Assembly: GCA_001600815.1 (NCBI GenBank)
Contig: BCKZ01000001.1
Span: 2,018,804 to 2,082,803, forward strand
Direction: 5' to 3'
Source of the DNA: Alloascoidea hylecoeti
Lineage: Eukaryota
DNA: 64,000 nucleotides
Position 1 is the stretch's first letter; every line of letters starts with the position of its first letter. The position numbers and the translations under genes were made by a program. The notes under the pieces are model-generated. The model did no database searches. It saw only the letters and a program-made list of their open reading frames with translations, and was not told the origin of the DNA. Positions 1 to 13,538 of this stretch are shown piece after piece.

Positions 1-389
1 CAATAGAAGCTAGACAGTGGATGATCAGAGAAGGTTCAACAGCACCTCAGGCAGCTGGGGTAATTCATTCAAGTAAGACCTATTTTGAAAATTCCGTTAT
101 TGATTTTCTTATTTATAATTCTAATCGTTTATCATAAATATAGCCCTCGAAGATACCTTCATTTCAGCCGATGTGATTAAATATGATGATTTGAAACCGC
201 TTAAGACATTTGATGAGGCAAAGTTCAAATCGACTGGGAAGGTGAGAAAGACAGGGAAAACTTATAATGTAGAAGATGGAGACATTATTTTGTTTAAGGT
301 ATGTACTGATTATAAGTGAAGACCAAGGAAAGTAATGGAAAACTAATACCTTTTTTAACATATAGGCTGCTGGCGCCAAAGCAAGATAA
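1..389 (+). CDS. YLF2: 3' end of Obg/YchF-family (OLA1-like) ATPase/GTPase, mitochondrial Ylf2 type; partial, exons <1-72, 144-298, 366-389
   Basis: Spliced translation is EARQWMIREGSTAPQAAGVIHS-TLEDTFISADVIKYDDLK...VEDGDIILFK-AAGAKAR*. Introns GTAAGA..TAG (73-143) and GTATGT..TAG (299-365). TFISADVIKYDDLK and FKAAG fit Ylf2 better than Ola1. Confidence 0.8.
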
Positions 390-2199
390 GCTTAGGTGTT
401 ATCATCAACGTTAAGAAAGGTTATCCCTCGAATGTATATAGAATTAATTAAGTCAATATTCTTGACTGTGAGTTTTCGTTTATAGACTAGTAACTTTACA
501 TTATACAGCTACTACGATTATTCCGGCTCAATTTAGTTCTGGTATCTCTCATAGCATAATATATTGATTATCCTTCCCGGATTATCCACTACTTTTGAGA
601 AGGCTAAAGATTATAATATTTATAAGCTGTATCTAATGCTATCTATAAGGCCTAGGTAGATCAGCATATTATACATTCTAGATCATCCAGTAAATACTGG
701 ACAAATGAAATAAAAGTAATAGACTGACAATCATATATTAAATTAACACTATGTATACCTAAGTTCCATATTGATTATGAATAGCAATGAACTAAATAAT
801 TATAATGTTAGATTATATTCAAAGTAAGCTTCAATAACCCTTAAGCATTTGATATTGTCATATATCAGAGTAATAAACTGTTGTTCTCATTAGGAAATAA
901 TCGACGAGCTGGGTTTAATAGCGTGAGTCGTTAAGACTCAAATATCATCATTATGACAATAGCAAATTTGGAGAGTTTAATGATTAAAAACCAACTTACA
1001 TTATCAGTACTGAAACTAAAATTTTTTTAATGTTTTTCTTGCTCAATTAAGTGAATTGGGGGTGAAATTTTTCTTTTAGAAGGGAAGTGTCATTATCCGG
1101 GTAAATAATATAAAGTTAGGGCTTCCAAAATTCAAGGAGCAATTTTGTCTGCATAATGCCAGAAAGCTCTAAATATGGAATCCAAAAGCTACAAGTTTGT
1201 AGCTATAAGGTTTTCATATTAACGGTTCCATTAGCACTCGACAATAAATAGTTGCTGTAATTAACGGGTCCACACTGTTACAGTTGCTAGTTATGTAAGC
1301 GTCTCCCTGACTTAAATAAGAATATAATTAACTAATAATATATTAATATAAATTCTAGATCACATATCATTGGTTATCCCATTAATTGAGAAGATTTTAA
1401 TCTTTTGTTTATTGTTCATAATTTAATTGCGATGCAACTTATAAGTTACAATGACATGATTCATGTCATGATGTGGATCGAAGAAGATTAAGATGATTCA
1501 ATGATTCATATCCTTGGACCTTGACTCATATACCCGCGACTGGCGCGGCAGTGGTGCCTAAGATAATAATTATAAATATACTAGATAGAATCGGCAGTGC
1601 ATAATTCTCCCACTTCCGTTATAAAAACGAATACGGGTTATTATGCATGGTACTACGTATATACAAGTCTATATATGTGCCTGGATGGAGGGTTTATCTG
1701 GATATATATATATGTGTAAAATGCCTTAAGAATGAAGGGAGTTATTCTCTCAGGAGTTCTTCTCCATTTTAACTGAAATTATAATGTATTATTAGTATAC
1801 ATAAAGTAATCTCAATTTCTATTGGGCTTGAAACAATAAATATAAGCGCTTAGCTTAAACAGAGAATAATGGTAAATTTAAATCTAACATAACCATTCTG
1901 TCGAAGATTAGACTCCAAATCAAAACATTTTGGGCAACTTTAGTAATGTTTTTCATTGCAATTGACGTGAAACAAAAATAGAATAAAATTTTGCAACTAA
2001 TGTGAAATAAAGTGAAATATAGTAGTTCAAATTTATCTATATAAATCAGTTATATAGTACTAACTAATTATAATTATTTGTAAGGAGATATATAGTAATC
2101 GTAGTTTGGTTAGGCTTAGTAGTACCTTTAAAATTCAGAATAAAAAGAAAAGATTGTCTTTGTCTTTTTTAAGGCTAGCGCTTGTAGTTGCAATTGATT

Positions 2200-3618
2200 T
2201 CACATTGATTCATCATTATTATCCGCAGAAGTTATCCCTGAATATTCGGATCCAGTAGAAGGGGGTGAACAATTATAATTATTATTATTATTATTATTAT
2301 TATTATTTCCAGTTTGAAGAGACTCTGAATCTAAATCACTTGAATTATTATAATCAATAACAATGGATTTGGATTTAGGTGATTTGGGTGATATCCTTCT
2401 TAGTTTCTCCTTTAAGGATACATTTTCAGATTGCATTTTCGCGTTTAATTCTTTCAGGTATAAAATATAGGATGTCGCCTTTTCCAAAATAATACTCTTA
2501 TTTAATCGTAAAGGACCGCCTTCATCACTACTCTTTTTATTAATATTATTTAACTTATTGCTGTTCTCTTCCCTCTTATCGTCTTTAGTACTAGTACTAG
2601 TGATATTTGGGCTGTTACTTTTAGAACTGTTAACTGTTTCAAAAGCTGTAGATTCGTTGGTTAGCCAGGGAATTATATCTTTTAAACCAGCTATCTTATC
2701 ATTAATATTAGTTCGATACCTCTTCTCTATTTTGTTATGGGCGTGTTTTTGATGTTGAGTTAATCGCTTTCTGGGTGATCTCTTCTTTTTTGTCTTACCT
2801 GTCACAGCTTTACTTCTTGCTCGCATTGGCGCCAAATTTAAAGGGTCTGTCTTTATTATAGAAGGCTCTAGAATTACGCAGTTATCAACCGACTGCGCTG
2901 TTTTACATGTAACTTTTTTAGAAGTAGGTTCCCCTGCATTTTCTGGGGCTTTGGTAATCGTCGGAAAAGAAAATCTTTGAGGGCTTTTCTGTTCTATTTT
3001 TATTTGTGTATCCGAATTATGAAGATCGATTGACATGGGTAGAGACAAAGAGTGCCAATTGGAATAGTTGTCCTGTTTACTACAATCTGGTGTGGATAAT
3101 TGCGAAGATAATTGTGATGGGGATCTAGAAGCTGGGGTCAATGATGCCTGAGGGGATACATCCAATGATTGATATTGATCCAATGAATCAATTGAAGAGC
3201 TAGATTTGTGAATTTTTGAGAGCTGAGGCTTATAAAATTCATTATCAGTGGTAAATATAGGTTCTAAGTTGAATGTATTCGCTAATTGCATATTATCAGC
3301 TGTATAACTTTGTTGGTGTGAGTCAAGAAATGCACTAAATAATAAATTGTCAGATGGGTTCGAGATGTCACCTGTGATGCTATTATTGTTTAACAATGTA
3401 TCAATTCTGTTAATATTAAGATGATAATCTGATACTCCATTCATGGTAAGATTGCAATTGATTGATGATATCTGGTTTTCATGATCAATTGGTGTTGTAG
3501 TGGGAATACTTTTTGGTGAAACAAGTTCCTCATGAACAGTATTGGAATTAAAATTCTGTTTTGATTCCATCCATTTACAATTGGAAAAATTAAAAGGACC
3601 TGAAGAAATAGATGTCAT
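2200..3618 (-). CDS. TYE7: bHLH transcription factor with SREBP-type Tyr basic region, Tye7/Sgc1-like
   Basis: 472-aa ORF. RLTQHQKHAHNKIEKRYRTNINDKIAGLKDIIPW...TAFE and LNKSIILEKATSYILYL match the Tye7 bHLH. Confidence 0.85.
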   Translation of the reverse strand: MTSISSGPFNFSNCKWMESKQNFNSNTVHEELVSPKSIPTTTPIDHENQISSINCNLTMNGVSDYHLNINRIDTLLNNNSITGDISNPSDNLLFSAFLDSHQQSYTADNMQLANTFNLEPIFTTDNEFYKPQLSKIHKSSSSIDSLDQYQSLDVSPQASLTPASRSPSQLSSQLSTPDCSKQDNYSNWHSLSLPMSIDLHNSDTQIKIEQKSPQRFSFPTITKAPENAGEPTSKKVTCKTAQSVDNCVILEPSIIKTDPLNLAPMRARSKAVTGKTKKKRSPRKRLTQHQKHAHNKIEKRYRTNINDKIAGLKDIIPWLTNESTAFETVNSSKSNSPNITSTSTKDDKREENSNKLNNINKKSSDEGGPLRLNKSIILEKATSYILYLKELNAKMQSENVSLKEKLRRISPKSPKSKSIVIDYNNSSDLDSESLQTGNNNNNNNNNNYNCSPPSTGSEYSGITSADNNDESM

Positions 3619-6600
3619 TTCAAATGTAATATTGGATAATTAATAGTGTTGCTTATGTCAATTGTCTAGAGATTTTGAGAAATATGTTTAAAGAGGAAAT
3701 TGCTTTGTTAAATAGAAATTGAGAAGAAAGGGGTGATAATATATCAAATTAAAAACGAGTGTCCTCTTCTATCATTTAATAGGCCTTTGCAATTGGAATA
3801 TTAGGTTTTGCTGCATCAAGCAATGAGATCATTGGAAACAAAGAGTCGATCAAAAAATAAAATATTAGCATATATTATTTAGGACAAGGGAATTATTGGT
3901 CGGAATTCTCTTGAAAAGTTTCAAGTCTCGGCAATATCTAACTATAATGCTCAAATTGCGAGAATACAGCTGCTCTATATATAATTAGACCTGCAATACA
4001 AAATATTTCTCCATTTAGATTTCTGTCTTATAACACTATAAATGCTGACAGTTAGAAAATATTATATATTCAAATACAATTGTAGTTTCTTTTGGCCTCA
4101 TAATAATAATAGTGTTATGTTTTAAAGTCATTTCGGAATGATCGATTAACAAATATATTGCAATTGAGTTATAGAATGGCAAACTGAGCTCAAGCTCAAG
4201 TGTGATTAGCATCAACATACACGTTTTACGCTACATTCAATTGTAATATATAACGTCCTATTATTAAAATTTTTTCAAACCATACTATAATACGAATCTC
4301 AACATATTCCAACTATAACTATAAAGCTATGTCCCACTGCTCTTCTTAATTCAGTTCATTCTATAATATGGCACCAACTTAATTATGTCTGAGGAATCAG
4401 TGGAGATGATATAACCTTATAACGAATATTAATATTATAAATATGTTGCCAATTTGTTGCCAATGACTACTGGCTCTTGGAATTCATTATAGATCTAGTA
4501 TAATCATGCAGAATTTTAATAATAGTAATTATAATTGTTCTACATAATTAGGCTCCAATTCTCCATGGTGTTCCGACAAGGTTATCGGAAATCGTATATA
4601 TACAGGGGAAAATATGAAACTGTAAAGGGAGTCTTATAATCAGATCTAAGATTAGAATTAATATTACAATATCAAAACCAATCTTTAATGGTATATGCAT
4701 GATTATGATCTAACTGATGAATTATATGCTATCAGTTTGTAATCTTTCATGCATATGAAGCTGACAAACTTGACCTCACAATCGAATGCTCTTTCTATAG
4801 CTATCAAACTATATATCTATATCGATTGATTTATTTTCTTTATGGTCAGATATCTACGTCGAATATATATAAAATTCTGTAGATATATTTTATCAATATA
4901 TAAGTGCAGCCATTCAAAAGACTATTGGTTGATCAAGGTTCCTCGTTTTAGATAAGATGACTACAACTTCTGCAATTGCATTAGATAAAACTGATTTTGG
5001 GGACCTGAAATCAAATGAATGCAATCGTGAGCTTAAGATAAAGACCATTGCTCGAGAAAAAAAGATCAGCGATGTGAAGTTTGACATATAGTTGTCATAT
5101 ACTATATAAAACCTATAATATAATATATATATATCAGTTCTTACATGTATGTACAAATCTAGCCAGATACATGATATCTGCTGCAACTATGCAGTTTCCC
5201 ACATCTCATCTCTTTGAGCTCATTTTGAGATTTGGAATTTCTAAAGTAAAATTATTTTAAATTGAAAAGTGTGGATTTCTCAATTGAAATTTTGAAGTTT
5301 TTTAAATGCTTCTCACAACAGCCCTACATAGAACTAAAATATCGAAGCAATGAAGAATAAGGTAGCCATGGAAACTTATACACCGTATGTACAGTACTAT
5401 ATTGTATAAGTTAATACATGTAGAATCGTTTTTGTGGACCAATAATTAATAGAGAAGGAACAAGATTTGATTGGAATCATTTGATAAAGATCTTTTTAAT
5501 AGATGTACGATGAGGTTATTAAAACCAATATACTTCGCGATCAATATCGTAGATACTGCGCCAATTAAATCAATTCTAGACTAAGGATGTTACATGGCAT
5601 TTCTTTGTCTCGTTATATTATTGTATAAGACGTTTACAGATATAATGGGGAAAACACATGTTTTATTGAATATCAGTGCTAGCTAGAGTAGTAGATCATT
5701 TGAAAGATGCTCAAACATATACCAATTGCAAACAAATTAAAACCTCAAGCTCCTTGTTTACCGAACACATAAAAAAGAGAGAACTCACTATTATATAGTT
5801 TATATTCGTCTAGATTTATTATAATAAGAAGTTGGAGACATTTAAGAGGCTAGAGAAATTGGTAATTATATATCGATATCAATGGTATGATAACTGCGAG
5901 TGAAAAAGCGTGTATAAAATATAAAAATATTTTAATTAAGCATGGATATGAACTTGCGGCCTCCAATATCTACGTACAGTGTATTTAAAATATTAACGTT
6001 CACGTTCCAATTTCAACCTTCATACATAAATATAAGCTTAAGCGCTACAGCTGCCATATAATTACTCTGTATATCAATATATATATTCTTCTTACACTAT
6101 AGTTTGTTTGTTATATATATTTATATAACAATAATATACCCTATAGCTGTAATACTAGCGCTAAGGGTATAGTACTGTAATATACCACCACGAAGCTTCA
6201 GAATCTACTTATGGCTATAGGCGCGGCCTAACGATAAATATATATCAACATAACCTTTTGAGTCTTTTTATTCATTGAAAGCGTCAATGATTGTATCTGC
6301 TGAATATATAAACAACAATTGGGGTCAATATTGCAAGAAAAAACAGTATCCTAAAAAGCCACGCAGTCAGAACCTCTGAATCCGAATAATATTAATATTA
6401 ATTACAATTGCAACTTATAACACATTCGACAATTCAATTAGCATAATACATATATAGGCCTAGAAACCTATATATATACCCATAAATGTTGATTAATAAC
6501 CTAGAACTACTGCTTAGGTTATTACAATATACAGCTATCTATCATATGCGTTTTTCTTGCAAGTTTAAGTTTATATTTAAATAATAGTACTATTAATATT

Positions 6601-8070
6601 AATTGGATTTCCTTTTTCTTTAACCTTTCAATTACAAACCATCCACATTTATAGATTTCATGACGTGTAATTAAGAAATCAGCCTTTTATATATATATTA
6701 AACTTTAAAAGTGTTTCTCCTGGGTCTCATTTTGTGTTATTTTTGAAGATGATCAACCATAATTGCATATTTAGCTATATTTAGCTATATCTTATTCCTT
6801 ATAGCCCCCCTGTTCGGTACCTGGCAACTGTAAAGATACTAGTACGTAGTACTAGTGTGATCGCATGTGGATCTTCAATATATGTTTCCAATTAAATTGA
6901 GATCCCCTAGGCCTGGGGTTTGAGTTATATAAACCAGGTATATAGCTATAGATACTTGCAATTGTACAGCTTCCTATTATTATCGAATTTCAACATCCAC
7001 CGACCTTTCGTTTTTTTAATTCCCAAAAAGGTTTAACTATAAAATACGTATTAACTCAATTATATAAATGCAACTGTAACTACAATAGCTGTAGAATAAT
7101 TCCCGATGGACAAGTCAATCCCTAGATGCTTTACAGAAGATGAGAAGACATACATATATATGACACAGTGTGATAGAAAACGTTCGCAGCGCAATCGCCA
7201 GATTTTTGAAATCTTTAAACCCGGTGTATTTGGTTCAAATGCAGTTGGTTCAGAACATTTAGCAATTCTAGCCACTCCGATCCTTGATTCAGGATGCCTT
7301 GGGTTTTTTTCCTCATTACTATTTTCAGGGGTTGTGATCTGGAGAAATAATATTCGGGGTATTGCAGATTTAGGTATAACTAGTATTAACCACCTACAAA
7401 CGTAGTATGGATATTTTATTTTATATTAATCGATAGCATTGATAGCTGAAACATATGCTCCAAAGGCACTATAGATCTAGAGAAAACGCGCTCTTCTAAC
7501 TATTCTTCTCAGGGCTATAATATAACTCTTTGCAATAGATTGGAGATTTCAATGTATCAAAATGAGATACTTACCCGGCTATTCTGCTCTGACTTCCTTT
7601 AAAGTACCTATCTAAATTAACCAGATCTGATCCCCTTTTTTAAATCATTTTTCAAGACACAAAAAGAAATTCATCAACACATTTTTAAACTTAAGAAGAT
7701 ATTCATTGTCTCAAGAGTTTTTTTTAAGTTTTTTTCTTCTCTGTTTTTCGTTCTTTTGCTTTTTTCAATTATTTTGCGTTTTACACAAATAGAAGAGAGA
7801 AGCTTTTTTTAATTTTCTACTTTTTATCTTACACACAAATTCATTTTATTAATATTCCTTTTTCTACCCTTTTTTAAAGTGTTACTTAGCAAAAGGATCA
7901 AAAATTTGAAATATTGCTATATTGAAATTACGGGAAAAGCATATCATTGTTAAAGAAGGAATAAGCAGAACAAGAAGACTTTAAATTCATATTTCCAACA
8001 ATTATACAGTTTACGACCCAACGAGATAGGAACAAAAACCGAAGATTATAAGAGATACAACCATAATAAA

Positions 8071-8740
8071 ATGACTTCAAGCAGAAAACCACGATATTTA
8101 TTAGCTGCTGAACGCGCAAGATTAGCTGAATTTCAGGATTCAATTCATTACTCCCCAAGGTAAGTCACTTGTTTATTATGACCGGCCTCGTCCAGCAAAA
8201 TTTTATGATTTTTTCAGAAAACGCGTAATAGTGATTTGTTTTGAGTATTTATATTAATATATGTTTACTTAATAGATACTCGGATGATGAATATGAATAC
8301 AGGTATGTGATATTTTGATTCTTTTCATTTCTTGGGACCATACTAATTAGAGAGATAGACACGTTATGTTACCGAAAGGGATGTTAAAGGTTATCCCACG
8401 CGACTATTTCAATCCCGAAACTGGAACATTACGGATTCTACTAGAAGAAGAATGGAGAGGATTAGGAATAACTCAAAGTCTAGGTTGGGAACATTATGAA
8501 ACTCATGGTATGTGAACTTTTTTGTACAGGTAATCATGTTTAGGTTACGTGGAAGGAGGTTGTGAATATCATTTGTCACTAACTGAGCTAATCATATTTA
8601 ATAGCACCGGAACCACACATTTTACTATTCAAGTATGTATTGATCTATCAATCTCCCTGTATTTTTTTTATTTCTCCTCTTCTAACAAAATGGTAACAAA
8701 TAGGAGACCAAAGGACTTCGATTCAAGAAGAAACAACTAA
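8071..8740 (+). CDS. CKS1: Cyclin-dependent kinase regulatory subunit Cks1; 5 exons (8071-8159, 8276-8302, 8359-8507, 8605-8632, 8704-8740)
   Basis: Not found intact in the ORF track. Splicing four GT-AG introns gives [21 protein letters not shown]...[38 protein letters not shown], the canonical CKS sequence. Confidence 0.95.
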
Positions 8741-11700
8741 AGCTGAAAACGCCACAATTTCTTTTATTTTCACCCCTTTTTATTCTTTTTATTAATTATG
8801 AAAAATGAAATAAAAACTTTTGGCATCCATTCATTAATTGTAATCACTATAATTTATAAGTTATAATTAGTAGATCTGGTTAGATTTGATGTTTTTGTTT
8901 ATCTTTTACTTCGATGTGTTGCCAGGACATTGTATAATTTTCGATAACACGTGAACATTATTTATTATTAGACTCTGTCATGATCAAGCAAAGCAATAAA
9001 TTTAGACTTATTCACTAATATTTAATCCCCAATTGTAATTAGAATGGTTGTACTTACCGCTTGTAGATTCCAGATCTGACAATAACGAAGATAATTATAA
9101 TTAATGATGACTATGTCCTATATAAGGTTTGCAGTTGACTAACGCTATCATTACCAACGATAAATATAGTTTACGATCCTTACATGGATATCAAACACAC
9201 TTCAGTTGAAACCCGAATGTTAATTTCATGGGACAGTAGGATATTTACATATGTGCAGGTATTCAGTAAATATTTTTGATTTAATGTAGATTCATAAGTA
9301 TTCAAAAAGTATCCCTTTAAGGCATCAAAACTTCAGAAGTGTTTATCAAAAAAGCATTCAAAAAGACATTATAACGGCGTTTCTTCAAGCCTTTAAAGTT
9401 GGTAATTTTAAACAGAACAACGCTTCAATTCACAAATTGAGTCTTTGAGTATTATTAAAGATTTAAGATTTAGTGGAGGTTTGAAATGAACATGTAGCTT
9501 AGGTTATTAACCGCTATCCTTTTCTTTTTGATTTAAATTCTCTTCTTTTACACAATTTCAGTTTTATAAATAGAATTTTACTTTATTTAAGTTCAATCCT
9601 ATAGCTACAATTTTATCTTACGAACGGTTATAATAAATACAGAAACATACAATAACTTTAACTTACGAATAGTTATTAATATAAGGTATATATATATAAG
9701 AATAAAGCTTATATCGCGATTCAGATCTTCAAGATAAAAAAAAAAAAAAAAAAAACAGGAGAAAAATCAAGTGGAACAGCTGTGTTGGTCTACAAAGTCA
9801 CCAAACCTGAAAACGGATGGCACAAGCCCAAAATTGACCCCAGAAATAAGTATCCAAAGTTAGCTCCAATGAAATGTGGTGTTAAGAAGGTCAATAATTG
9901 TCTTTTAGAAGTATTGCTGGAGTCATATATGAAGTCAGTTAGATCAATACCCTCATCATATACACGCCAAAGCGACTACGACTAGTTATCGCAGCAAGAT
10001 GAAGTCTATATTTACCACTAGACTTTTCCTCAGTGATACTTAGACAAGTTAGGGAACGAGATTTATATTTGGTCTGGTAATATTTCCTATAGAATTCGTC
10101 CTTTAAACATGATTTTTTGTTTACGCATTGTATGTTTTTCAGAGTGAAACAACGTCTGTCAAAATAATGTGTAGAGACTAAGTGATTCCAAACTTGAACA
10201 CTTTACTGTCATTAAAAATAAACAATTTTTTCTTTGTTGTTGATCATAGAGAATTCACCTCAAATACTAAAGATTGTTATTGAATCATAATATTGATCGA
10301 TGATTTTAAATTCACAACCAACTGTAGCTGGCAGCTGCAGGAATATTAGAATATTAGTTATGGGAACAAGATTACTAACAATGGGGACACCATAAGTTTA
10401 ATACCCAATCATATAATTATAAAATTATCATCATATTAGTAATTAGATTATTATCTTGATAGACTATCGGTTTTGCCGTGTGATATGCATACATATAACA
10501 AAACTAGCTAACGTTAATTATACATTAATTTTATTATTTTGTTAGACTAAAGGTTAACAGCCTTAACTTAATTCATATCGCAAACTCTACATATAATTAT
10601 ACTCTGTTTTAGATATAATAAAATAATAAACAAGAAAAAAATCTTCTAGATCAGTAAAGAAACAAATGTGATGAAACCCGCGGCTATATTAACTTGAATT
10701 GTACTTAAGGAACATTTTCATGCATATGTTCCCTGAAGAGCTTTAAGTTCTCATATGCCTACAACTATAATTACAAGCTTAAGGTAGTGTTTTTATAAAT
10801 TTGAGTAAAATTTAAATAACTATCAATATCAAACTGGTCTCTCTTATTGTTGACGAGTTAGTGTATTAAGATTTTGGCTAGAGAAGTATAGTATAGCCAC
10901 TTTTTATATTGATCATAAGTTCAATATCATTAGTTGATATTTCTATTTGTATATGCATACATATACATATTACTACTTCTATAAGGCCTTATAATAATAG
11001 TCGTCATACTAATTTTGTTATGAGCGTTAACTGCATGCCTATACGCAGTAATTCATAAAAATCAGATCCTCCTACACATATACTGCATCCAAATTAAGAA
11101 AATGATCTACTTTCGCGATAAGCAAGATCAACAACAACTCTAGACACGTTGTCATATCAATCAACTTAACAAACTTAGGAGAAAGTAGAATACCGGCAGA
11201 TCAACTAGTTCAGACACGAAATCGGATTAGACAACACTTGCAACATCTTTTAACCCAGGATTCTGTTAAAGTTCATACTAGCGTGTGATACTTTGTTAAC
11301 CGCGCTATTAATATCCTCAAAAGTAGTTTAAATTTAGATACTTTGTCTGCCAAATAAATAACAGAAAAACCACCAACCCTTAGAACTCTACTTAATAGAC
11401 GGTAGTTTACGGTTTATTTCAGGAACAACCTTGTCAACAGCCTTAGCCGCACCAGATGAAATGAAGTTAATGAACTGTTGTTCTTCAATCCCCAATGTGC
11501 CATATGCATTGACTAATTGGGGCATTCTGTGGCACTATTAATAATAATGCCTGAAGTATACTTTTTCTCATTAATACCAAAGACAAAAATTGTGATGATA
11601 AAATATATGATCTCATGAAAGGATTTCAATTTACTGTTGCCGAAATTCGATAGCCTTAACATATAGTATAAGTTATAAACCTATATCTTTAATTTTATCC

Positions 11701-12241
11701 AAAACCGTATGCCTTTGTGTTGCATTTAGTTACAAATTAGGGTTTACAGTGCTGCAACAACCTTTAATTTATTTAATTTGATATACGGCACGTGATAAAC
11801 AGATGGACTTAGATCTACTTGCAAGCAATTCTAAAAAACATTAACTAGCTGTCTAATCTTGAATGTTATTGTGTGGCAACTGCTATTGTATTAATAGTGA
11901 TATATATATCCCAATTCTAATGATCTTTATTACCATTAACACAATTGATGTCTGTACTATCCAGGCTCAGCAAGAAGTCTTAAAAATTGTTTAAATATAG
12001 AAAGAAAAAAAAAAGGGGAAAGGTATTTAAAAACAAGGCCGAAAAAGTTATGAAATATTAGACCTCAAAAAAAAAGCAAAAGGTTTCCGACAAATTTATT
12101 GAATTATAGAGTAAGATAAATCTGTAATCTGTATATTAAAATCAAACAATTTCCATAAACACCAAGTATTTGATTAATCATATTTATAAAAGTTTATTGT
12201 TTTTATCAAAAAAAAAAATTTTTTTTGATAATGTAATACAA

Positions 12242-13279
12242 TTAACAATTACAACCAGCTGATGAATTAATGTTATTTGGTTTTGATAAATCAACACCTT
12301 TCAAAGTTTGTCTTTGTTGCCGAGAAGTTGCTTCTTGTATAGGTAGCTTCTTAGCAATTGCAGTGAAGATTTCAGTTACATTTTCTCCCGTCTTGGCTGA
12401 TGTTTCAAAAAACAATAAACCTGATTCATTAGCATAGGTTTCAGCGACCTAATTTGATTGATTTTTAAAAGGTTAATATATGTTCTTTAAGTTTAGATAT
12501 ATTGCTATTACATACACTTTTCTCAACTTCTCTGGTATCATCAAGATCAAGTTTATTTCCTGCTAAAGCAATGATGATATTTTCATTGGCTTGTCGTTGT
12601 AATTCTTTAACCCAGGCTTTTGCTCTATCCAAAGATGCCTACATGATATCGAAAACCAAAATAGTTAGTTATTTATCGCACAACATTTAAGTTTTAAAAC
12701 ACTTACAGATTGTGTAATATCATACACTACCACGGCACAATTTGCATTCCGATAATACATTGGAGCCAAAGATTTATAACGTTCTTGTCCAGCAGTATCC
12801 CTATAATGAAATTAGTTTCATGCTAATTAAAAACTACTGATAAACTTATCCTACCATATTTCGAATTTGACTGTAGTACGCTCGTCCAAAGCGATAGTTT
12901 GTGTTAAGAAAGCGGCGCCAATAGTTGATTCTCTAAATTCATCAAATTGGTCCTAAAATATATAAATGTGAGATATATTTTCGTTTTTTATTTAGTTGAG
13001 TCTGATAATGTGCATACCTTAACAAATCTATGAACAATCGAACTCTGATTGTAAGTATAATTGTTAATTTTGTATCCCGATTAAAAAGTTTATAACGTTC
13101 ATGATTGTTTTTTCATAGGTAGAGCATACTTTTCCGACAGCAGATTCACCTTCAAATTTAATGTTAGATTTATAATTTGAAATTCACTGTGATGGCGTTA
13201 TCATAGCCCACATACCTAACAACACCAGTTTAAACTGAGCGAATCTTGCAATAGATGAAGAACCACGTGGATTACTCAT
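12242..13279 (-). CDS. YPT52: Rab5-family GTPase, Ypt52-like; 7 exons, introns 13150-13215, 13045-13129, 12953-13017, 12801-12854, 12639-12706, 12449-12515
   Basis: Spliced translation contains [61 protein letters not shown] and a C-terminal CNC prenylation motif. Confidence 0.9.
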
Positions 13280-13538
13280 TATGTTATAAATATAAGATAA
13301 TATTAATGAAAATTCTGAATAATGAAAGAGTTTGGCAAAAAGGTCCAATAATAATTGATCTGGTATTAAAGATCCGAGAGAGAAAAGGCCATTTGTTGAA
13401 AGACTGAGAGAGCGGACGGAAATTTACTATGGGAAGGTACAGAAATTACACACAACAGTAATGATTCATATATTTGAGATCCAGACTATATACAAATATA
13501 TATGATCCTTTATATTAAGACATAAGTTATTTACAAAT

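Noticed and set aside
7060..7405. Opposing 99-aa and 71-aa ORFs
   Set aside because: No recognisable domain and no convincing exon structure.
8508..8604. CAG|GTAATC inside CKS1 intron 3 as a recursive splice site
   Set aside because: The upstream piece would be only about 22 nt with no branch point, too short to splice.
11385..11530. 45-codon minus-strand ORF MPQLVNAYGTLGIEEQQFINF...
   Set aside because: Too short, with no recognisable family and no supporting exons.
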